A DNA stretch of 64,000 nucleotides from Eledone cirrhosa (Eukaryota), in NCBI GenBank assembly GCA_964016885.1, contig OZ024741.1, positions 288,362,001-288,426,000 of the forward strand. Direction: 5' to 3'. Position 1 is the stretch's first letter. Every line of letters begins with the position of its first letter. Under the pieces are notes generated by a model, which was not told where the DNA came from, searched no databases, and saw only the letters and a program-made list of their open reading frames with translations. The translations under genes were made by a program, and so were the position numbers. Shown in pieces: positions 54,931 to 64,000 of this stretch.

Positions 54931-55823
54931 TTGGCTCCCTACCTTTTTATCATCGTAGTGGACTATTGTATGCGCCTTGCACTGGAGAAACACCAGGACT
55001 CTGGCTTTACTGTAGCACCGGCTCAGAGCAGGAGAGTTAAGGCGAAAAAGGTATCGGATGCTGAATTTGCCGACGACATAGTTTTGGTGACAAATACAGT
55101 GAAGGAGGCAGAGGATTTGATGCAGGCGGTTGAGACTGTGTCGATGAGTGTGGGGCTGAGAATGAATGAGACTAAAACAAAATATCTGGTAGAGAATGTT
55201 GAGAAGCCAGAGGGGATCACTAATGTACGCGGGAAGCCGCTAGAATTGGTTGAGGACTTCCTGTATTTTGGAGCAAAGATTGGGAATACGGAAGATGATG
55301 TGGTTGAGAGGAAGAGCAAAGCAAAGCCTGGGCGGCGTGCCACAGCTTGAGTTCGGTGTGGAAGTCAGAGCTTCGTAAAGACCTGAAAATCCGCCTCTTC
55401 ATTGCTGTAGTGGAGTCTGTGCCTGTACGGGTCTGAGACTTGGACACTGACCAAGAAACTCAGTCAGATGGTGGATGGGTGCTACACGAGAATGCTGATG
55501 ATGGCTCTGAACATTAATCAGTATACACTGAGGATGAAAACCTCAGAGCTGTATGGGAGCCTCCCAAAAGTCAGCTCAAAGGTGACACAGAGGAGACTGA
55601 GGTTAGCTGGACATGCTCACCGACATCCAGAGTTGACATTGCACTCAGTGCTCCCGTGGGAGCCCCTACATGGACACACTGGAAGAGGACGACCAAGGTT
55701 AATGTATGTTGATGCCTTAAGGACAGACACTGGTGTGTTGGAGACGCAGGACATGGCAGCGATAATGAGGGACAGCGACCGCTGGAGAGAACTCGTCCAC
55801 GGATGTCGGGAATTTTACCCGCC
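54931..55823 (+). mobile_element. 5'-truncated RTE-clade LINE
   Basis: LAPYLFIIVVD, EFADDIVL, VGLRMNETKT, DFLYFG, YGSETW, RRLRLAGH, GRGRP; frameshifts. Confidence 0.9.
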
Positions 55824-56112
55824 CTATATATATATATACATATACATATATATATATACATATACATATGTATAGACATATATATATATACACAAAAATA
55901 CACTCACACACACATATCTATATATATATATTAGAGATGGTGGCTTGAATTGACATGTTATTTTTCTCTAAAAGAAATATTTTCGTATCCTCAAACTTTC
56001 ATTTCTAGCGTCCGAAACGTTAAGACACTTTCCCTACTATATCAAGCATAAAACTAATAATATATCTCTTCATTGTACTGTGTCATTGCTTTGTTATTTC
56101 TATTTGCCTTTT

Positions 56113-56190
<78 letters not shown>

Positions 56191-56249
56191 GAATATATAA
56201 TATATGTATCTCTTTTCATATATATATATTTATCAAGAGAGAGAGACAT

Positions 56250-56443
56250 CCCGGGTAAAATCGAAGGTAGAGGTAACCACAGTTTAAAAAAAAGCACTTT
56301 ATACATCAGTAGAGTGTAAGCAACAGTATTTAATATAGAATCTGATTCTACAGCACCAGAACTGTATAATTAGTATGAAATCATCCTGACGATTTTTATC
56401 GAATGAAACGGCTCCAGTCCTGTAGAAGCCATATCTATATTAA
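56250..56443. mobile_element. Fold-back HHR element of the 14717 family (core at 56386-56422)
   Basis: CTGACGA tttttatcgaat GAAAC ggctcca GTC CTG; the 5' strand of stem I is lost. Confidence 0.6.
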
Positions 56444-59410
56444 ATAATTGTTTTTACTAAAGGCACAAGGCCATCAATTTGAAGGGGGAAGGGAAAGTCG
56501 ATTAAATCGATCTCAGTGCAGAACTGATGATTTACTTATCGATCCCGTTATGATGAAAGGCAAAGCTAACCTCGGCGGGATTTGAACTCAGAACGCAAAG
56601 GGCCGTAAATCTATGCTGCAAAACATGTTGTCCGGCGCTCTACCGATTCTTCCAATCCACCGCCCTCATTTTTATATTAAATAATTGTTTCTACTTTAGG
56701 CACAAGGCCAGCAATTACCCAGTGCATTACTGGTACTTTATTTTATCGACCCCATAAGGATGAAAGGCAAAGTCAATCTCGGCGGGATTTGAACTCAGAT
56801 CGTAAAGGGACGTAACTATGCTGGAAAGCATGGCGTTCGACCCTCTATATTAAATAATGATACACAAACAAACAAACACACACACATGCACACGTATATG
56901 ATATTTATTTACTACTAAGGAAATATTGGGTCGTCAAATATGAAATTTGTAAAAATTTGTAAAAAAAAAACAAACATCTACAAATTTCATACTTGATGAT
57001 CCAATACAATGTAAAGTAGTTCGTATTTACAGTTCTCAGAGAAAAGAAACCTACACGAGATTTATAATTTTCAGACATTTAAAATTTCTACTCTTGTGGT
57101 GAGAATTCATGTAATATTTCGTGATTAATTGAGCAGGACCCTAACTCTTTCGGTGTATAAGTATGTAATAGAAGTTAGAGTTATATTTAGAAGTATGTAA
57201 GTGTTTGTCTGAACGTGATGTCAACTAAATGATGAACAACGGCCAGAAAGTCTCATTATTTTAAACTTTCAATAGCCTCTCAAGGAATCATATTGACTAG
57301 TTTAATAAAATCTTAATATCTTGAAATTCAATAATAATTGTTTCTACTTTTGGGACAAGGGCAGCAATTATCCCAGTACATTGCTGGTACTTTATTTTAT
57401 CGATCCCGTAGGGAGAAAAGAAAGGTAAAGTTAACCTCGGCGGGATTTGAACTCATACTTTAAAGGGACGTAACTCTATGCTGCAAAGCATGGCGTCCGA
57501 TCCTCTACCGATACTGCTAATCCACCGCCAGAAATTCAATAATAATAAAAAAGAGGAAGAGTTTAAGACACAAGTCTCTTCAGAGAAAAGAGAAGCAGTA
57601 GTTGGATAGACATTGCATGGCCAATTTAAACAATAAACGTCTGAATTAAACTGGAAGGTGATCTAAATAGGGAGATTAAAGCATTACTGTTCTCAGTCTA
57701 AGATCAAACTTTGAGTACTATGTCGAGGATTTAAGGGATATATTATCTTGGTGAAAATGGAAAGTACCGTCTGTGGGTAGTTAATATGTCCCCAACATTG
57801 TGAGTGCTTGCAAAATGTTAGCTGAAGAAGATTAAGAAAGAGGACATGACATGTTCTGTATATACCTTGACTGGTCAATGGGCTATAGATATAGATATCA
57901 GGTGTACAATAAGTGATACCAGCATTTCCCAGAAAGTATTCTAGGTAATTGACAAACCCAAAATATTTGGGGACTTCACTAACCAAACAGACCGCAGATT
58001 TGAACACAACAGACCCGATATTATGGTTATGCACAGATATAGCCTTGAGTGCCAGATTGTTGTTGCTACTATCCCAGGTGACTAAAAGTTAGCCTTAAAA
58101 CAAATTGAAAAAAAATAACAAAATATGTTGACATAAAGATCAAAATACAGAAATTTGGTCAAAACCATATAACGGCATCAAGATAATTCTAGTTTTCATC
58201 GGAGCATTCGGTATATCTAAAGCTGAGAAGGCATCTTATGTAAATAGACATCGAATCACAAATTTCTCTCTTACAAAAGACTGAACCTATCTAAAGTATT
58301 TCTTGAAACCCGACTGGCAGAAGAGCCAGTAAGTATCGTATTCTCTGTGCAAAATGAGGTAATGGTTTCTGATTTAGGCACAAGGCAAACAATTTTGAGG
58401 GGAAAGGAAAGTCGATTAAATCGACCCCAGTGCGTTACAGGTACTATATGTTATCGACCCCGTAATGATGAAAAGCATGTTGTCCGACGTCCTACTGTTA
58501 CCACCAATCCACAATAATAATAATAATAATTGTTTCTACTTTTGGCACAAGGCCAGCAATTACCCAGTGTATTACTGGTACGTTATTTTATCGACCCCGT
58601 AAGGCAAAGTTAACCTCGGCGGGATTTGAACTCAGAATGGCAAGGGCCGTAACTCAATGCGTCAAAGCATGGCGTCCGACCCTTACCGATACTGCCATGA
58701 TTTCTAGTATAGGCACAAGGTCAGTAATTTGGGGGAGAGGAAACTCGATTAAATCAACCTCAGTGCATGACTGGTAATTAATTTTATCAACCCCGTAAGG
58801 ATGAAAGGCAAAGCTAACCTCGACGGGATTTGAACTCAGAATGTAAAGGGCCATAACTCTATGCTGCAACAACAATAATAATAATATTGAAATCAATTTT
58901 CAAACATTGATTCTCTAGTTTGTTCCTTACACCGATTTCTAGATAATTTATTTAAGTTTTTTTTTCCATTTGTATTATTGATATTTTATTTCTTTTTTAA
59001 ATTCCAATTTTTGATATTGTTGTTGTTGTTCTGTGTCAGTAAAACAAACTGAGAACCCAACGACGGAAAATAACAAAACACAAACAAAACAAGAACAAAA
59101 CAAAGAAAAACAGCATAAAAAAACTGTTACGAATTTTTTTTTAATGGCAATGGTGAAGTCATTATTTTACAAACTCAACGCTAAAGTCCATATGGAATAT
59201 AAATATGAAGTACAAACAACATTCTGCCCTTCCCATGTTTGGTTTGTTTGGTGACCACCTGTAGAACCTGGTCTTATTTCCGCAGAAATCTCAATTATTT
59301 ATTTGTTTTGTCATTTTTCAATTTTCAAAAGGTTAACGACATTGTCCGATATATTATATTAAACAAAAAAAAAAAAAGAAAACAGGATTTTGCTACTTCC
59401 GGTATGAAAG

Positions 59411-59507
<97 letters not shown>

Positions 59508-59541
59508 ATATATATATATAAATGTATAATTTTAATACGCA

Positions 59542-59583
<42 letters not shown>

Positions 59584-59765
59584 TATATATATATATATAG
59601 TAGTAATAATTGTTTCTACTTTTGGCACAAGGCCACCAATTACCCAGTACATTACTGGTACTTTATTTTATCGACCCCGTAAGTTAACCCGTAAGTTAAC
59701 CTCGGCGGGATTTGAACTCAGACCGTAAACGGCCGTAACTCCATGCTGAAAAGCATGGCGTCCGA
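56443..59765 (-). mobile_element. Dispersed SINE family A copies (about 56443-56845, 57333-57530, 58362-58868, 59604-59765)
   Basis: Same diagnostic motifs as 4559-4747, reverse strand. Confidence 0.8.
57560..58350 (+). pseudogene. Highly decayed older R4-type LINE C-terminus
   Basis: Patchy translation: LHGQF, GDLNREI, DQTLST, IVSACKMLAEED..RGHD, DFTNQTDRRFEHNRPDI, FIGAFG. Confidence 0.7.
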
Positions 59766-59934
59766 TATATAGTAGTAATAATAAATACAAGAAAAAAAAA
59801 ATTCCAGAGATGACTCCATAAGGATTGTATATGTATAAGTATATATAAGCCCGTAGAGCAAATATCATTAGCACAAATTAAAAGTTTAAGCAAACAATTT
59901 CTGCTTTTACCCTAATAGGTGTATGTATGTATTA

Positions 59935-61469
59935 GGTTTTTGTTGTTTTTGTTGATTTGACAAGGGCCTTTGATACTGTGAACAGAGATGTGCTGTGGAA
60001 AATACTATGGAAAATAGGGTGCCCACCAAAATTTATTGATATGTTCGTCGACTGCTCAGAGATATGAAGGCTCGGGTTGTCTTGAATGGAGAATTGTCCA
60101 ATGAAATCCAAGTAAGCAGGGACATATTTTGGCTCCCACACTGTTTTCAGTATTTTTTGCAGTGATGCTGACATGTATTCCAGGGCTGTGTAAAAGGTGT
60201 TTTATTGCAAGTTAGAACTAGGGGAAGAATCTTTGACCTAAGAAGGTTCAATTTAAAGCCCAAGGTGTTCCAAATACTAATTAGAGAACTCCTGTATGCA
60301 GACTATGTTGACTCTCTGGCTCACTCTCAAGATGACATGCAATACATTATGTGTTTTACATCTTCTTGTAATGCCTTTGGTCTGAAAATTAATCTGAAAA
60401 AGACTAAGGTAATGTTCAGCTCATTACCAGGAGAAGCATATATTCAGCCAAATATAATGGTGCATAGACCTAGGTTGGGTGTAGTTGACACTTTTTATTT
60501 ACTTGGGCAATGTATTGTCGACGGATGGTTCGCTGGATGCAGAAATACTCCTGCGCATTTAGAGGGCCTCTGTAGCCTTCGGAAAACTTGAAAACAGAAT
60601 GTGGGTGGATCATGGTTTCAATATCAAGACCAATATCAGTGTGTACAAGGCCTGCATACTGAGTGCTCTCTTGTACTTTTCGGAAACGTGGACCTTACAT
60701 CGTAGACACCAACAAATGGCAAACAAAAAAAACAAAAAAAAATTACCTGACACACAAATCTGTATAGATGTTGGTTGCACGAGCATTGAATCTGCCATTA
60801 TACCCTCTCAAATGCGTTGGGTAGGTCAAGTTGTGCGCATGAATGAGAAAAGACTCTCAAAACAACTATTTTACAGTCAATTGAACACTGGGAAACGGCC
60901 TCAGCATAAACCAAGAAAAAGATATGAAGATTGTATAAAAAACAACTTTAAGGATCTAAAGTTTGAAGTTCAGAACTGGGAAGTAGTTGCTTTAAAGAGG
61001 GTCGAATGGAGAGCTCATGTGAAGGAAGGCTGCAGAATGTTTGAAGAGAGACGTCTTGACCATGAAAAACTTAAACGTCAGCTTCGAAAAAGCCACAGTA
61101 TGAATCTCAATAAGAACATAGGCAGCTGGAGTTGTGAGGTGTGTGGTCGATTATTGCTCTCTAAATCTGGGTACATCACTCATTTAAAATCACATGAAAA
61201 GCCAATACTAGGTGAGACAACATGTGTGGTCTGCAAAAATCTGCAAATCAATTTCTGGTCTTAAAAGGCATATGAGGATACATAAGGATAAGATTTCACA
61301 AACTGATCCAATCAACCCATTAGTGGGCACATCTTTTGTCTGTCTCATTTGCTACAGACCGTGCAAATAGGCAGCTGGATTTAAAAGCCTCACGGACGTC
61401 TGGAGTTGGTGACGGCTGATGGGGGTGAATAGAAAGACGGCAATCATCTGCAAAGATGAAGCAATCACC
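59935..61469 (+). mobile_element. 5'-truncated RTE (BovB-like) LINE with C-terminal C2H2 zinc fingers
   Basis: FVDLTRAFDTVNR, LAPTLF, ELLYAD, FGLKINLKKTKVM, LLYFSETW, MRWVGQVVRM, CEVCGRLLLSKSGYITHLKSH; ends in (ATGT)n. Confidence 0.92.
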
Positions 61470-61484
61470 ATGTATGTATGTATG

Positions 61485-61518
<34 letters not shown>

Positions 61519-61569
61519 TGTATGTATGTATGTATGTATGTATGTATGTATGTATGTATGTATGTATGT

Positions 61570-62173
61570 CAGGTCACCAGTTGGTGCTACTGGTAACATG
61601 TATCCCAGTACAACCTGTCCCATGGTCGGGTCGTTGGCGACTAAACTGGCAACCCACAAAAGATTTCTTGGTGAGGAGGGTGACTTTGGACATCCTGCAG
61701 GACTAAAAACAAAACCTGTCAAAGGGCAAAGGAGCTCTTAAGAGTTAATGGCCATCTAAAATCACCGGGAGAGATGACCCCTTAGCCTTTGTCAAGGCAG
61801 AATTCTAGGAGAAGAAAAACTCTGATATAACACCTGCAACCCTGATGGTATCCAATGATGTTGACTTGTTCTTCTTTTTGGTAAATATCATCTTGGTTAA
61901 GAGAGTGGGACTGGCTTTGTGCAGTGCCTTTGCTCACTATAAAAGCTTCACGGCACAGGCATTGCTTTGTATCTCGAGATCTCTCTGCACTTGTCGTCAC
62001 GTGGTACCATGGGCCCAGCACTGTGTCAATAATTGTCACAGGTGTAGTGTTTGCACCAGAGTTTTCAACTCGCTGGCTGGACTAAAAAGTTACACTCGTT
62101 CAGCGCATCGGTAGGGGTTCTCCTACATGGATGTGGGGTAGTGGCCGTACTCGAAAACGAGTTGGCAGCCACC
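61570..62173 (+). mobile_element. Non-coding RTE-related retroelement (SINE-like)
   Basis: Bounded by (ATGT)n; second copy at 34174-34559; 3' end GCAGCCACC resembles the RTE end GCAATCACC. Confidence 0.7.
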
Positions 62174-62197
62174 ATGTATGTATGTATGTATGTATGT

Positions 62198-62510
62198 TTT
62201 CTCTTTCTCTTAATTTCGAGTATATTTTTTTGACCGGCCACCTTCCTGGTGGCAAGGTTGTAAAAGAAAAGAAATTGTCATCCCTTGAATCGCAAGAATG
62301 TTTTGCAAATTTTGAAGGTGCCAGCTATCGCAGCCATTTGTAGACTATGAATTAGGGAGCTGCGCTTTTTGTCCGCAAATCCAAGTTCAGTCATACTTTG
62401 GTCCAAGCGGGTTGGTATATAACCCGTAGCACCAATAATGATGGGTATGAAGCTAAAGGTGTATCTTGGATACTGGATTTGTAAACTCCTCATCAATGGT
62501 CCGTAGATGT
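62198..62510 (-). mobile_element. R4/Dong LINE 3' fragment
   Basis: Near-identical to 3050-3360; (ATGT)n on both sides. Confidence 0.88.
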
Positions 62511-62599
62511 ATGTATGTATGTATGTATGTATGTATGTATGTATGTATGTATGTATGTATGTATGTATGCATATATGTATGCATATATGTATGTTTTAT

Positions 62600-62683
<84 letters not shown>

Positions 62684-62797
62684 CCCTTCCATATACTGTA
62701 TCGTCTGTGTTGTTATTTCTGTTTACCTTTTACATACATATATATATATATATATATAATATATAAGAACAAAAGATGGTTAAAAGAGTTCCATGTA

Positions 62798-62864
62798 TTT
62801 TATTATGCGCATTTCAAAAACAAATATCATCATGCAATAATATTTGTGTTTTCATCAGATAAAA
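62798..62864 (-). ncRNA. Type I hammerhead ribozyme
   Basis: TTTTAT CTGATGA aaac ACAAATATTAT tgcatg ATGATATTTGT tttt GAAA TGCGCA TA ATAAAA. Confidence 0.85.
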
Positions 62865-63063
62865 CATGAAGACATGATATGAAGGTTAAAAAACACTTGT
62901 GGATAGTTCAGTTTTAAATCAACATATGAGAAGTAGTTTTAGATTGATGTGTGATATTGGGAAAAATATTTTATTTAGAGGGGGGAGGGGGGGTTGGAAA
63001 GGATGAAAAAAAAAGGAGATATCTGCATTGCTTTATTGTACTACAATAAAACTCACCTCCTAC

Positions 63064-63133
<70 letters not shown>

Positions 63134-64000
63134 GTGTGTGTGTGTGTGCGCGTGTGTGTGTGTGTGCGCGTGTGTGTGTGTGTGCGTGTGTGTGTGTAGG
63201 ATATAATCAAGTTTGAGAGCCCCCATTTTCAATCATCCTTGAAAAGAACGGATGACTATATACGTGACGAGCCATTCTCTGTTAATAAAAGAAAACCATC
63301 ATATCGAATTATTCTCCATTTGGTATCTTAGTTGAATTGATATTTTCTACAAAAGTATAGGAAGGATTACCGATAGGACTAGTCACCTAAAGACAACGGC
63401 TGGCTTAAGAGTGAGCCCCGTAAATTGGGGTGGCTGTTGCATGCTAGAAAGAGCAGCCAAATCTCTTTTCCAATGACATCCTTTCTATTTAATAGTTTGA
63501 TAACTACCAACATGTCTTGACCATTCTCTGCGGTAATGCATTTGCCGTTTTATCAGCGGCGTGGTTGAACCACTCCTCAGACTGGGGTGTAGTGTAGTGT
63601 CTGCCCCATCTCCGTTTCTTTCGTTGCTTGATCCCTTTTTTTTACTTTATTTCTTTTTCTTTCCTTTTTTCCTCCTCCTGCTTTGTTTTTATTAGATACT
63701 GCTAAATAATTTCATTAATTCCCAAGTCAAATGTATAACCTTATAAGTATACGCAAATGTAAACAACATTTGTTGTCCTTATTTGACCCCACAAGACAGC
63801 TCTGATTGAACTGGCCTATAATCCCGGATGTTCCAAGTGTGACCACCCAGTTTTTTTCAATTTCTTGTCCGATGTATCAGCTTCAAGGTTGCAGGTTTTT
63901 TTCAGTCGAGGTAGATTTAGCTGCTTGTTCGTCTTGTGGTTTCGGCACTGGTTATGACACTGAAGATAATGTAGTTTTTGCTGTTAAGTTCCAGGTCAAA

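Overview
Eukaryotic, AT- and microsatellite-rich non-genic or intronic DNA with one 200-N gap (34628-34827). The SINE and repeat content suggests an octopus-like cephalopod (inference). Nearly all long ORFs in the track are translations of simple repeats. The coding remnants I can support come from decayed transposons: two Penelope-like element (PLE) families (RT plus GIY-YIG), R4/Dong-type restriction-like-endonuclease LINEs, RTE LINEs, a CR1-group LINE and Helitron pieces. There are also many tRNA-derived SINEs, a TIR element and a 62-bp minisatellite. The main signal is not visible in the ORF track. Reading both strands by eye, I count about 26 type I hammerhead ribozyme (HHR) motifs from about 17 sequence families. 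Many lie in 326-545-nt non-coding units with terminal redundancy and fold-back arms, inserted in (TA)n, which is a retrozyme-like or non-autonomous PLE architecture. They include core variants (U3-A8; a U4A shared by four copies), family-specific palindromic stem III sequences, stem I covariation, and one insertion that starts at the predicted cleavage site. All folds were paired by hand and none is tested. Two weak candidate host exons lie on the minus strand.
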